A stretch of DNA of 64,000 nt from Octopus bimaculoides. Taxonomy: Eukaryota. Below the pieces are notes generated by a model, which worked only from the letters and a program-made list of their open reading frames with translations, was not told the origin of the DNA and did no database searches. The translations under genes and the position numbers were made by a program. Of the stretch, positions 38,630-52,407 are shown piece by piece. The stretch covers positions 66,926,855-66,990,854 of the forward strand of contig NC_068992.1 in NCBI RefSeq assembly GCF_001194135.2, read 5' to 3'. Position 1 is the stretch's first letter, and each line of letters opens with the position of its first letter.

Positions 38630-39667
38630 GCTCGTATGTACCTATGTATTTTGTGTGTGTGTATTACGTACTTATCTTGAATGCATGTATGTATTAATGT
38701 TTGCTGGTCTCTTTCAATATCTGTATACATATACATCTATAATTATACAGTCACTCATGAATAAGACTCAGGAAGCCTAATCAATACCATTTAATACTTA
38801 TATACACACACGCTCGCGTATACATACATGCACACACATTTCTATCTACAAATGGTGATGCAACGAATGGCGTACACCAAACATTCTGAGTTTAGTTGAA
38901 ATCTTCCACTCAACTGGAAAAGAAAATCGAAAACTACCAGTAATTGTTAGCAGCCAGAAAGAAGAAGAAAGGGAGACACTTTCCATAAATGAATTATTTT
39001 TAGGAAAAACGGGGTTTCGACTTGACAAATGGTCACCAAAAATCTGAGAATCTACTTTGTTTCTCATGTTGCCATTGGTTGAACAGAGGTACAAGTGGCT
39101 GCCATGAAATTGTAAAACTGACGAATGCGTCGTTTGGTTTGAGTAGTGAGTGTAACTTCTTGGAGACGGATGAGGTCGACTAACTTGATTTACACATGAA
39201 GACAAAGCCTTGTCTGTTGCTCCTCCTACCGGCTCAATGGGTTATAGCAATCAACATATTTGCTAAGCGCATATTGAACATGTCTGGTCCGTAACATACA
39301 TTAAATCAAAGCAAGTTGGATATTTATATTAATATTGACCTTCGATTATTTTCTTTAGAACACAAAACCTGAGAAATTCTAAAGAAATCTGAATCGGCAA
39401 TATCGGAAATATATTTTGTAAAAAGCAATTGAAATTTGAATTTCATTTAAGATTTATTTACTTTGAACTCTTAAATAACGAAATTATCTTAGAAAGTCAG
39501 ATATGGAATATTGTCAGAGGAATCTTGTATTTACTTTTTCTTTTAGTTCTTTGTTGATATTTTTGTTTTTTCCCTACCTTTACCTCTCTTCGTCCTTCTC
39601 TATTAACTATCGACTGTTTTTTTTCACTCCTTCTCTCTCTCTCTGTATGTCTGTGTGTGCCTGTATT

Positions 39668-39708
<41 letters not shown>

Positions 39709-40765
39709 NNNNNNNNNNNNNNNNNNNNNNNNNNNNNNNNNNNNNNNNNNNNNNNNNNNNNNNNNNNNNNNNNNNNNNNNNNNNNNNNNNNNNNNNNNNN
39801 NNNNNNNNNNNNNNNNNNNNNNNNNNNNNNNNNNNNNNNNNNNNNNNNNNNNNNNNNNNNNNNNNNNNNNNNNNNNNNNNNNNNNNNNNNNNNNNNNNNN
39901 NNNNNNNNNNNNNNNNNNNNNNNNNNNNNNNNNNNNNNNNNNNNNNNNNNNNNNNNNNNNNNNNNNNNNNNNNNNNNNNNNNNNNNNNNNNNNNNNNNNN
40001 NNNNNNNNNNNNNNNNNNNNNNNNNNNNNNNNNNNNNNNNNNNNNNNNNNNNNNNNNNNNNNNNNNNNNNNNNNNNNNNNNNNNNNNNNNNTATATATAT
40101 ATATATATATATATATATGAACATTCCTCTGTGGGTGGGTACGATTACATTCAATATTAATTTCATTAGATTTTCTCTCCGCTCAGCTTCTATAAATTTT
40201 TGTTTTACCTTTCCCCATTATATATCCCCAGATATATTTATATATTACATTTGTATACCTTTAACAGTAGCCAGGAACAGGTTAAAGACTTCTCGATAAT
40301 GGCGAGATATTCTTACCTATTTTGCTATTCATACGCATCAATCTTGTTATATCTATACATTTTATCTCTCCAATCCAATATTCCTAACTGTGTAGTTACA
40401 GAACCGCTGTGAATGCAGTCCGGTGTTTCTATTCAAGCAGCGTGGTTATTACAATGACACGATATATATGATTCATATAGAACTGGGCTAGCAAAATTAT
40501 CGTAATTATTTCTTCGTCTTCTATCTATTCGGCAGAGTTTTAGTCGTCCCCAGAGATTATTTCTGTGTGTTGTCTAGAATATCATCTAGGTGATGCCTCC
40601 ATTTAGAACGCAACACATCATTCTCACTATTATATAATGTGTCTATTAACCTACAACTAGAGGGTAATCTCTAAGAACATCAGCACTGACGGAACTTTGG
40701 CAATAGTAACCTATTACAGTTATTGCAACATTGTTTTGTTACGCTTATTGTTACCGGCATCATTT

Positions 40766-40858
<93 letters not shown>

Positions 40859-41250
40859 TGTGTGAACGCGTGTGTGTGCGTGCGTGTATACTTTTCAAGG
40901 CTTGCAGCATTTATGGCTACACAACCGAATGAATTTTTTTCCCCGCAAGCCAGTAGCACAGAATTTAGTGGAGATTTGGTTGCTATTTCTAGCAGGTCGG
41001 TCTCCCCCATCGTTTCTTTATTTGTGACGTTCTGAGTAGTTGTATTCACATGAATGTCTTGCTTGAAGCATTCTCTTGCTTTGTTCTGTAAATTTAAACA
41101 CAAAGGAAAATACGTTTGTTATAATTTCAAGATTCCTACACACTTTACTTTGCAATCCGTTTCTTGCCACTGTACGTTTGAAAATATTGTGGCCTTGCTT
41201 TTAATGAAAAATTCCTTTCTCATTATTATTATTAATAAAACACTATCCAT

Positions 41251-41462
41251 AAGGGGGCGAGATGGCAGAAACGTTAGCACAACGGGCAAAATACTTAGAG
41301 GTATTTCGTCTGTCTTTTATGTTCTGAGCTCAAATTCCGCCGAGGTCGGCTTTGCCTTTCATTCTTTCGGGTCGATAAATTAAGTACCAGTTAGTTACTA
41401 GGGTCTAACTAATCGACTGGCCCCTCCCCCCAAAATTTCGGGCCTTGTTCTTAGAGCAGAAA
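41251..41462 (+). mobile_element. SINE family B (tail B1), full length
   Basis: GGGGCGAGATGGCAGAAACGTTAGCAC...GAGCTCAAATTCCGCCGAGGTC...GTCGATAAATTAAGTACCAG...CCCCTCCCCCCAAAATTTCGGGCCTTG. A short (ATT)n lies upstream at 41222-41233. Confidence 0.88.
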
Positions 41463-42128
41463 AAACTTATTTAAACACTATCCTATTTAAATACAACCTG
41501 TAGCATGAACTACAAAATACTTTGCTGCTGTAATATCAAACATTTAATTTTATCCACGCATTTCAATAGGTGTTTGCTATGGAAACTAAAACCTGTATGT
41601 GTAAACATAAATCTCGACATAGACTAGAGATGTAAACATTTAATCTGGGAGTCGATCGTAGAGCCGTCTTGAAATTCTCTTTTAACTTGGAACTCAATAT
41701 ACAATAATTAGTGACAAATAACTAAATCCTTACATTGATTTTTTTTTTATCGGAATTCTTTCAAGGCTGCTCTTTCAAATTTGCTTTTAGTTGCTGACCT
41801 GAAGTATTTGTTCAAGTCAATACTGGCAAATTTTCCAAAGTTAAAGAACAAGAACCAACATGAAACAAAATTTCGAAATGTTTCAAACTTTACAAGCTTT
41901 TCTGCAAACAAACAATCATACAAAAACATGTTTTCGTGAAGAAACTTGCGTGTTTATGTGTGGCTTTGCGTATCGAGTTAAAATCTTCGACTAGAAAAAA
42001 GTATTTTCTTTAAAAATACACAAAAGTCTAGAATTTATTTGGGAATAAGGAGATGAATAGGAAACAGTTGGTCGTTCCAACTATATTGAAGGTTTTTGCG
42101 CTGAATTTCTACTAGTTTATTATACATA

Positions 42129-42166
<38 letters not shown>

Positions 42167-43169
42167 NNNNNNNNNNNNNNNNNNNNNNNNNNNNNNNNNN
42201 NNNNNNNNNNNNNNNNNNNNNNNNNNNNNNNNNNNNNNNNNNNNNNNNNNNNNNNNNNNNNNNNNNNNNNNNNNNNNNNNNNNNNNNNNNNNNNNNNNNN
42301 NNNNNNNNNNNNNNNNNNNNNNNNNNNNNNNNNNNNNNNNNNNNNNNNNNNNNNNNNNNNNNNNNNNNNNNNNNNNNNNNNNNNNNNNNNNNNNNNNNNN
42401 NNNNNNNNNNNNNNNNNNNNNNNNNNNNNNNNNNNNNNNNNNNNNNNNNNNNNNNNNNNNNNNNNNNNNNNNNNNNNNNNNNNNNNNNNNNNNNNNNNNN
42501 NNNNNNNNNNNNNNNNNNNNNNNNNNNNNNNNNNNNNNNNNNNNNNNNNNNNNNNNNNNNNNNNNNNNNNNNNNNNNNNNNNNNNNNNNNNNNNNNNNNN
42601 NNNNNNNNNNNNNNNNNNNNNNNNNNNNNNNNNNNNNNNNNNNNNNNNNNNNNNNNNNNNNNNNNNNNNNNNNNNNNNNNNNNNNNNNNNNNNNNNNNNN
42701 NNNNNNNNNNNNNNNNNNNNNCCCCTCTCCCTTCTCTCCCCCTCTCCCTTCTCTCCCCCTCTCCCTTCTCTCCACCTCTCTCCCTCCCTCCTCGCACTCC
42801 CCCTCTCTCTCTTTATGTGTGTATGTGTTTACATATGACTATGTGACGAAAGAATGTCTCATACACAGACATTCACTGCTGGTAAAGACACGTCGATTTT
42901 CTCTGTTGTTCTACTCAGTTTTGTTTCATATTTCATATTTCTGATTCCCTGAACGAGATGAAATGGCCTGACCTGACCTGACCTGACCTCACATTTGTCT
43001 ATTTCAGTACAATCCTGTCCAAATGATTATCTCTAAAGTTGTAGATGAAATGATATTTATTGTGTAAGAGGTTTTCTGTGTTAATTGGCATCGACATTCT
43101 CTCCGTTAGAAGAAGATTTTAGATAATGAAAGTTGGTTAGTGTCACATTCATTAATTACATGCCGTTGA

Positions 43170-43345
43170 AAGAGATAATGAGGGAACGTAAGAGAAATAA
43201 CAGCTAAATCTCGGTCAAATCTTACCCTGCTGCCTGAAGGAGAGGATGCAATAGACAATGTAGTCTGGCATACTACATAAAAGATGTGGTGGTCACCAAA
43301 CTAAATACTTTGCCCATTGGGTTGACCTCGGGCTAAATGACGAAG
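43170..43345 (+). mobile_element. SINE-like family C, degraded
   Basis: AGAAATAACAGCTAAATCTC...AATGTAGTCTGG...GGTGGTCAC...GTTGACCTCGGGCTAAA resembles 3470-3612 and 12425-12560. Confidence 0.5.
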
Positions 43346-43495
43346 ACCACAATGAAGATGCTTTGTCCTTCAACGTTCATATATATGATCACGTGGTCAA
43401 TCAACGATCAATAGATAGGCATTGATCTGAATTTATGTGTTTATGTGGTTGCTAGTCTATGCTTACGTTCAACTTGATTACTTGTTAATGTGTAT

Positions 43496-43716
43496 AAGGC
43501 GGCGAGCTGGCAGAATCGTTAGCACGTCGGGCGAAATGCTTTGCGGTATTTCGCCCGTCGCTACGTTCTGAGTTCAAATTCAGCCAAAGTTGATTTTGCC
43601 TTTCATCATTTCAGGGTCGATAAATTAAGTACCAGTGAAACACTGGGGTTGATGTGATCGACTAGTCCCCTCCCCACAAATTTCAGGCCTTGTGCCTATG
43701 GTAGAAAGGTTTATTA
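43496..43716 (+). mobile_element. SINE family B (tail B1), full length, best-preserved copy
   Basis: Box A TGGCAGAATCG, box B GAGTTCAAATTC, central GCCTTTCATCATTTCAGGGTCGATAAATTAAGTACCAG, tail TCCCCTCCCCACAAATTTCAGGCCTTGTGCCTATGGTAGAAAGG. Confidence 0.92.
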
Positions 43717-43941
43717 ATCTACTATGGAAGACCGAAGGTAAAGTACACACACATTCACACTCAGATACACTCACACACATAGACACACGCGCGCGCACAC
43801 ACATACACACCTCCCTCTCACACACATATCACTTTAAGTAATGTGAAGCTAAGTCAAACTCATTAAACCTACGTAACACCAACTAAATGCCTTCAGTGTT
43901 ACTTTCTTTCGTTTGTTCACTCACTTATGTCTATGAATACA

Positions 43942-44019
<78 letters not shown>

Positions 44020-44077
44020 CATATATGTATGTATTATATATGTATGCATATTTATGTATAAATATACGCATACATGT

Positions 44078-44454
44078 GGAGGCGAAATGCCCCGGTGGTT
44101 AGGGCAGCGGACTCGCGGTTGTAGGATCGCGGTTTCGATTCCCAGACCGGGTGTTGTGAGTGTTTATTGAGCGAAAATACCTAAGGCGCCACGAGACTCC
44201 TGCATCGAGTGGTGGGGAACCCTGCAGTGCTCTTTCACCACAACTTTCTCTCACTCTTTCTTCCTATTTCTGTTGTACCTGTATTTCAAAGGGACAGCCT
44301 TGTCACACTGTGTTACGCTGAATCTCCCCGAGAGCTACGTTAAGGGTACACGTGTCTGTGGAGTGCTCAGCCACATGCACGTTAATTTCACGAGCAATTT
44401 ATTCCGTTGATCGGATCAACTGGAACTCTCGTCGTCGTAAGCGACAGAGTGCCA
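44078..44454 (+). mobile_element. tRNA-derived SINE family D, full length, with probable 14-bp TSD
   Basis: tRNA-like head GGAGGCG...CCCGGTGGTTAGGGCAGCGGACTCGCGG...GGTTTCGATTCCC. Two 3' stem-loops at 44402-44425 and 44425-44450. ATACGCATACATGT (44064-44077) vs ATACGCATATATAT (44457-44470) is 12/14 identical. Confidence 0.85.
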
Positions 44455-44516
44455 CAATACGCATATATATGAATATACATATATTATCTGCCTGTCTGTC
44501 TCTCTATGTATGAATG

Positions 44517-44552
<36 letters not shown>

Positions 44553-44695
44553 TATGGATTTACCTAATTTATAATTTGGAAAACCAACAAGATTATTCCA
44601 CTGGCAACGGAAAAGCTAATCTCTTCAAAATGCTAAAACGTTTCTCAACTCTGTAAATCTGATGTGTATCTGTGAGAATGAAGTAAAAGACGAAA

Positions 44696-44728
<33 letters not shown>

Positions 44729-44899
44729 TGATGACGATGAAGATGAAGATGAAGATGATGATGATGATGATGATCTTGATGATGATAGCTACGAGAATTA
44801 TAATTATATATAGTTTGAATTGCGAACTGTATAAGCAAAATATATTGCTTAAACGAATAAGACATTTACAAAAATTAAGTAAACAAACCGAAGCAAACT

Positions 44900-46278
44900 T
44901 AAAACCATCGTAATTTTAAAACAATTGATGCCCGATATTTGAATAAACAGTTTGAAAATCATGAATGAAGATATCTACAAAAATACACGTGTCATGTCGT
45001 ATAACTAATAAGAGAAACTGGAAAGAAAATAAAGGATCCAAGAAAAGGGGAAAAACGTTCAGATAATTAATAAGTATTCCGACAAAAGAGAAGAAATTTT
45101 GTAAACCAACGAATAGCTTGAAAGGTATGAAACTTCGGATCAATGAGAACAATTCTTCCCAGACAATGCGATATACGAATGAAAATCTTTTAAGAGGACT
45201 TTAACAATAACACTAAAAACTATGGCCTCTAGAACCAGTCATACACATGCTTCAGGTTAGATGAGACTAATGAGAAGATTAGAGGAAAAGAGAAAAGGAG
45301 AAAATTAGGACAGGGCATTGCAGAATAATAAATATATACTAAGCCGTTCCGAGGCTGCCAGTTTAGAGCTAATATTGATATAATTAGTTCACTTCATACA
45401 CAAGCAATTCGGGGTCTGATATACATAGAAAACTACTACAAAATAACAATAATGGGACTAGAAGAAACTGGTTAGAGTAACAAAGAATAGTGAAGAAAAT
45501 ATACTTGTATATTATTAGGAAACATTTAAAATTATACTGCTGAAAGTTATCCGTACTTAAAAAGAGGATTGACAAAAGGGAAAAATGACAAAATAGGTCA
45601 ACTGAAAGCAAAAATCCCTAACCACCGAAAACCCTACAACAGTGAATACAGAGCAATAAGCACAGTGGGATGCTGGAATCTTGCAATGAAGTTAAATTTG
45701 TTGACTTTGTTGGAAAAAATATGTTGGATGAAAAGAATTAACGAAATCATCACTGGTAGTCCGAGAATGGACAACAGAAGATACATCCACAGAATTGGGA
45801 CTTTCATACACTGCAGGTTTATGAGCATAAACCAATACAAGAAAAGATTTCAGAAAATGACAAAGCGATTGATATACTATGGGGTTCGCTCATTCATACA
45901 CCCATGGGATAAGTCAATGGGATACCCACATGGCAATCAAGAAAAAGAAGTACTCCTTGACCAACCTATGTGTCTTATCAACTGATGATGGTGCATTTCA
46001 GAGAGAAATATGGAAATCGTCCAAATAAATGTCCTAGAAATAGATAACTAGAAGATAGATGAAAATAATTCCGTTAATAATTGGTGCCTTGGGATTGATT
46101 AAAACATATGCTGCTAAATAAAGAACCAAAGTTCTAGGACACACATCTAAACAACACACAGGAAGTAGCTGTTCTGTTAATTGGTAGAGTTCTTTCAAAA
46201 TATGACAGAGAACATAAAACAAAAGAAAAATTCTGCCGTTCTGCGGTAAAAAGCACGTAATGAAAATAGAACTACTTG

Positions 46279-46280
<2 letters not shown>
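44900..46280 (+). pseudogene. Decayed Dong/R4-clade non-LTR retrotransposon (RT C-terminal part, zinc knuckle, RLE domain, 3' UTR)
   Basis: Frame-disrupted motifs appear in order: RGLIYIENYYKITIMGL (45410), INEIITGSPRMDNRRYIHRIGTFIHC (ORF 45569-45985), YEHKP...SENDKAIDILWGSLIHT, and IIPLIIGALGLIKTYAAK (about 46064-46118). The 3' end runs into (TAA)n at 46279. The 5' boundary is approximate. Confidence 0.85.
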
Positions 46281-46427
<147 letters not shown>

Positions 46428-46519
46428 TTAAGGTGAATAAACACGCGAAGATGATAATCGTTGAGTGAAAAGTTGTTAACTAGTAGCGAGACTAAGAAAA
46501 ATGGTTTGAGTCTGTAGAG

Positions 46520-47060
46520 TATGAAGCAAGAAACATCTTGTGGTAAGATGATATCACTAAGATAAGAGCTAATCATTTCGATGGCAAATCATGATATCTT
46601 ATTTGCTGTGAAGACGAGACTTAGAAGAAGAATTACATTGAGAGCCAAACAACAGCAAATGTCACCATACGTACATACATACATACATACATACATACAT
46701 ACGCACACACATATATGCACTAAGAGGGACTACTAGAAATAAAAGTCAAATCTCCTTTACGTGATGTTGAACTACGTAGGGAAAGTAGAAAACTAGAGAA
46801 AAACGAGCATGGCTGAAATGTCATTAATCATAGACCCACTGGATTCGAACTGAATCAAACAACATTGAAAACACCAGCAGCTGTAAATGTAAGGAACAGA
46901 CGATAAAGATACGATGAGGTCGGTGGCGGCGTATTATAAGTATCAAAATCAGTCGAGTCTCGTTACTCTACGAAAAGAAAGGAAGAAAAATGCTGGACAA
47001 CGTGATCTTAAATACATAACACTTCAAAAGAAGATTGGATAGTTATATCTGGAATGCGTT
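46520..47060 (+). pseudogene. Possible decayed APE-endonuclease remnant of a second (CR1/L2/RTE-type) LINE, split by (TACA)n
   Basis: HDILFAVKTRL at 46590 resembles DIxxxxETxL, and DEVGGGVL at 46913 resembles the RxxGGGV motif. Stops and frameshifts lie between them. Confidence 0.3.
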
Positions 47061-47648
47061 ATGAATATTGGAAATGAAGCCTAAACTCAGGCTAAACAAC
47101 AATTACAGCAGCACTAATAAGTACAGACATGTAAAAACAGGAGATAATTTTCAAATAAACATTTAGTCCTATCTAAATTGAATGTCTAAACGTTTTCCTC
47201 GCTTCCTCTGTACAGTGAACTCTTTATATTTTATGAGCTTTGGGAACAATTCTTATCAGACACTTTGTTAAATGAGCACAAATAGTTGTTAGTTTATTTT
47301 TTGCATCTGTAATTTTAAATCTTTAAAATTTAGCGAGATATATTTGATGAATATCCAAAGCTTTTAACTGGTTTTAACGATCAATCTCACGTTGAAATAA
47401 ATATAAAGATGGATATATAAACATAAGTTCGTGGCGCGCACACACACACAGACACACGAATACTAACGTATATATGCAAAAGTTTAAGTTTAGACAGAAG
47501 AAAAAAAAAGAAAAAGAAAAAGAAAAACTATAAGCATGGGTATTATTTTGATGTCATCAGTCAAGGACTTCAGGTAATAAATGACTTCAATTCACATTAT
47601 CAACAGCAGTGTTCTCTTCAGGGTACTGGTGGATTGATAATTAACGCT

Positions 47649-47754
<106 letters not shown>

Positions 47755-48563
47755 ACACACGCACACACACACACACAGAGGGTCAATACAAAGTCGTAGT
47801 ACAACTTCAAATTACCATAAACATCGTATATAATATATGATATAATAATCAATCTGTGACAAGGATAATTGACAGATTGTATTACATATCTGAATAGATT
47901 TATGCGAGATAATGAATTTTGAACATTTCGCTCAGCATTTAACCTGCAACCCGTATAGAAGTTATAACAATACATGTTACCTCAGCTGCCTCATAATAAT
48001 TAGTCATAATCAGCCAGGCAACAACATACAACAGTTTTTATATATCCACGTGACATATACATGCGGTACTCATTAATTTAATGAAAAACTTCATAAATCT
48101 TTGAGTAAAACTGTTCTGAGCAATGCTTATAAAATAGATGCAACAGGATTTTGGACCTTTACTGCTTAAGTCTAGCAGATAAAGATCGAAAGTTGTACGA
48201 ATTTTTAAAATTAAAACTAAAATGTCAGAAGAATGTTATAACCAGCCTGGGAATTATATATATATTTTCACAGAATAATGCCACACACTAGACTTCCATA
48301 ATAAACACATTTTTACCGAATGCGAGGAAAAGCGACTCTTAAAAAAACCAACCTTTTAAAAACACACATATATATATATATATATATATTGTTGCTGATT
48401 GTGTATGCATGCATTTACACAACTGCGTGTAGCAAATGCGAATCAAAAATTAAAGCTATAAAAATCTAAAATTTAAAATTTATACCCGCTCAAGTGTATT
48501 TTGACGGCCATGTACATACACACACACACAAACGCACACTCATATACACACATACATATATTG

Positions 48564-48626
<63 letters not shown>

Positions 48627-49932
48627 TATAGTTGTATATATATACTGTTGAAACTGATTATGTAAGAGACCTGTTTTGTGGTAATTAGTTTGATTAGCAC
48701 GTTGGTCATCAGTGACCTTATCTGACTCCAGTTTTTGTAATTTGAGTTTGGAGATTAGAAATAAATATTGGTCATCTTCTTGTCTCTATGCTAGTGAAAT
48801 GCCCTAATCATTTCTTTTGTCTGAGTAACATTTGCAGGATTTGATGCTTTATGCCAATTTCTTCTTCACTATAAGAAGGCACTTTGTCTTTTAATGTCAT
48901 CTTTTCCACATGATGCACAATTCCACCTCAAATGATTCCAATGTGTTTCAAAGAACATCAATTTTTAAAACTCGTCATTTCGATGATTAATAACTCTAGC
49001 TTACATTCCCGGCGCTCTTGCATTGTTTATAGCGATGATCTTCGCATCTTCTCTCCTGAGAGTGGTGGCAGGGACTAAGGGTTCTAGATTCAGATCTGCT
49101 TCCAGTAAGATGCAAAAAGACTTCTTAAGAGAGGTTAATCATAAACCAACTCACCACTGGGGGCACTTTGCCCAACTGCACAGTAGGATGCTCAGCCATG
49201 AAATTTTATTGTAGCTCTGTACTTCATTCATCATTTAGATTTGATCGAACAGAAAATGTACGAGGTGTGATGTGGGATTCAACTCCATCTTGTAGTTCTT
49301 TGCCATAGAAATGTTAGTTTCTTCTCAGAGCTAATATCTAATCAATAACTAAACTACTACAGTGCGTTCCAGCTAAATTTGATAGCTCACATAAAAGGAA
49401 ATGAAAACACAATATCCCATCAAAAAATCAAAGCATATCAGCTACATTATGGATGGTAGATAAAAGTTTATTCAAATTCGGTGCCCACAATTTCCACCAC
49501 GACTTCAGGACGACTCTGGAGTCTCGCGCATGCGTTATTCACGGTGTTCCTAGGAAATATTCGATAACCTCTTTGGTCTTGGCCACCAGCCCAGCTTTAG
49601 GATGACAGACAGAGCAGTCAGTGTTTTTATCAACTGTGTTAACAGATATGGAGGTTTCCAGTCCGCCATGTCAGCTAACTTTTTCTAAATTACAACTGTA
49701 ACCATTATACTCAGTAACGTAGTTGACTATTCACCAATGCAGCAAACTGTTACTGAAGAAAAGAAGACATAAGACAAACCGTCAAATTTAGCCTGAAAAC
49801 CCTGTAAATTATTTCGTAACTACATTTAAAGACTGGATGTGTATGGAAATCTTCATTTTAATGTGAAATGTGGTCACACAAGATGGCTTATGAGCCCGGA
49901 AGAATGAGAAACACACACACACTCTCTGTCTC

Positions 49933-49975
<43 letters not shown>

Positions 49976-50358
49976 TACACACATACAGCTTGTGTCTATC
50001 ACTTGCGGCTATCCTTTTATTAACACCGCTATACTTTAGATGTTCCCCAAACTTGCTACTAATGAACAATAAACGCAGACGAAATTTGGTTTCGTCTATT
50101 TTAGCTATTCTGTAGGTTGTGAAAAAACGACGATATTATTTACATGAAATCATATTAGTGAAGCGGCAGGTGTTAAACTTGCTTGCTTAATTCTCTTTGA
50201 GCAAAATCCACAGAAAACTGATTGTACACTTGGCTTTTAAAACTGGACGAAACTTGAATATCTTTGTGCTTCTACTTCACATACAAAGAAACATGCGAAC
50301 ACACAGCCACGACTCTACACGAAAGTCTAATTGGACACGCAAGGAAATACTCCATAGT

Positions 50359-50405
<47 letters not shown>

Positions 50406-51063
50406 TACACAGGGTCATGTGCAACACTATATACAGCGATCCATATATAAACACACCGTACTATCATCTTCTATATTCCCGTCGTCCCTATTTACTGCGT
50501 TATTCTATTTGTATTCTTTTCTTTCGTTTCCTTCCACTCGAAAGCCGAAGATTTCAATATTGATTCTAGAACATTCTGACAGCATAAAGTTTTCAGTAAT
50601 TCTTTGAACTTAAGACAAGGCACATTGTTTTTTCTCTCGTAAAATGTCAGTAAACTGCACTCGTAGAATATAGTTCCATTTAAAATGCATCAATGTCGTA
50701 TATGATAGCGCTCTTTCCTGTGATTAAAACTTCTTTTCTGTAATATTCATAAAACCTTTTTTGATGTGAACCATTCTATCAGACGCAGATAAAGTCAGCA
50801 ACTTCACCAACGGAAAAAAAACAAAAACAAACAAAGAAAACACATTTTTCATCGTTGTGGTTTGTTCAAGAATGGACTTTCAAATTTCTTTATCATTTAC
50901 GTTATTATTATTGTTACTGGTATTGTTGTTGTTATTGTTGTTGTTATTGTTGTTGTTATTGATGGTGGTGGTGGTGACGCTCGACGTGCCACTCTTACTG
51001 CAACTGCTGTTGGTGCTCTCATTGTGTTTCTATTGTTACCTTTCTGGCGTTTGGGTTGCAACT

Positions 51064-51253
51064 CTTCTTCTTCTTCTTCTTCTTCTTCTTCTTCTTCTTC
51101 TTCTTCTTCTTCTTCTTCTTCTGCTTTTCCGTCTTCTTCTTCTTCTTCTTCTTCTTCTTCTTCTTCTTCTTCTTCTTCTTCTTCTTCTTCTTCTTCTTCT
51201 TCTTCTTCTTCTTCTTCTGCTTCTTCGTCTTCTGCTTTTCCGTCTTCTTCTTC
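51064..51253. repeat. (TTC)n microsatellite with a repeated interruption
   Basis: (TTC)n is interrupted twice by TTCTGCTTTTCCGTCTTC (about 51119 and 51230). Confidence 0.95.
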
Positions 51254-52106
51254 TTGCTCCTCTATCCTTTCTTAATTAAACTTTAAAGATATTCTCGTGC
51301 TGCATTTCTCTTCCAATCTACATAAACCTCTATTTCTCCTGTTTATTACTTTATTTCCTATCGCTTCTCCTTTCAGAGCATTATCCCATTATCCAACAAT
51401 ATTAAACCACAACCACAACTAAATTTCACAACAATTGTTCCAAACGAATATTTTTATAAAACATTTCGAACAAAAGCTGCCATGTTTTCTCATGTAATTT
51501 TATTTTAAAATTCCATTTTAAAATCTGACTCGAACGAAAAACAATAATAACAACATTAATAAAAATTAATTTTCTGAAAATAAAAAAAATGAAAAGAAGC
51601 CTTCAGGAAAGATTGCGTTGAACGACAATTATTTACGTTGCAATAAAACTACAAAATGTGTAACATATATGGTAGAATAGATACAATACCGGAAGTTATT
51701 TATCAGGGTTAAAGGTAAATCAGCCGCGGTCTAACTTCAACTAGGAACAATGAAAGGAGAAAATTCAATATCAAATCGTTTTTATATTTGGTTTCCCATA
51801 TTTAAACTGAGCGAAGTTTTGATTAATTTATGTACAATAGTTGCTGAATATTGCATACAAAATTAATTATGAAGGATGTATTTAGCTATATTGACATTAA
51901 AAATTTTTCAACGTAATGTTTGATATAGGCAAGTATTTAAATCTCCATCTAACATTGATACAAAGAACTTTTGTCGTACGATAATAGATCAAACACAACC
52001 GACATCAATCATCACCTAATTTTTATATTTATTGTTAAAATTATAAAGCTAACCCAAGAACAAAACACAAACATATAAGCGCGCACCAAATTCACACACA
52101 CAGACA

Positions 52107-52155
<49 letters not shown>

Positions 52156-52190
52156 TTGTTTTAAACGTTAAAATAAGATTATTACTTTAA

Positions 52191-52407
52191 GTGTAACAAT
52201 AATGCATTTATTGGTTCTCTGGTGAGATTAGAATCATATTTATTATGGAAGATGAAGCTGACTGGGACTTCAAAATTTGCCGATCGGTTTGGTCAGTCAG
52301 CATTCTGTTTGACCAAGCTGATAGGTGAAGTTCCAGTCAAATTGATCTTTCTCAATAGATTTGACTTTAGTCTCACAATGGAACCAATAAATTCTCCATT
52401 GTTATTC
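52191..52407. mobile_element. 217-bp imperfect palindrome flanked by TTAA (putative Kolobok/piggyBac-type MITE)
   Basis: Arms are colinear about position 52299. TTAA occurs at 52187-52190 and 52408-52411. Paired segments: ATTTATTGGTTC/GAACCAATAAAT, GACTGGGACTTCA/TGAAGTTCCAGTC, ATCGGTTTGGTCA/TGACCAAGCTGAT. One 7-nt indel. Confidence 0.7.

Noticed and set aside
44078-44150. tRNA-like sequence
   Set aside because: It is the head of a SINE, continuing into a 300-bp body, with an imperfect cloverleaf; not a tRNA gene.
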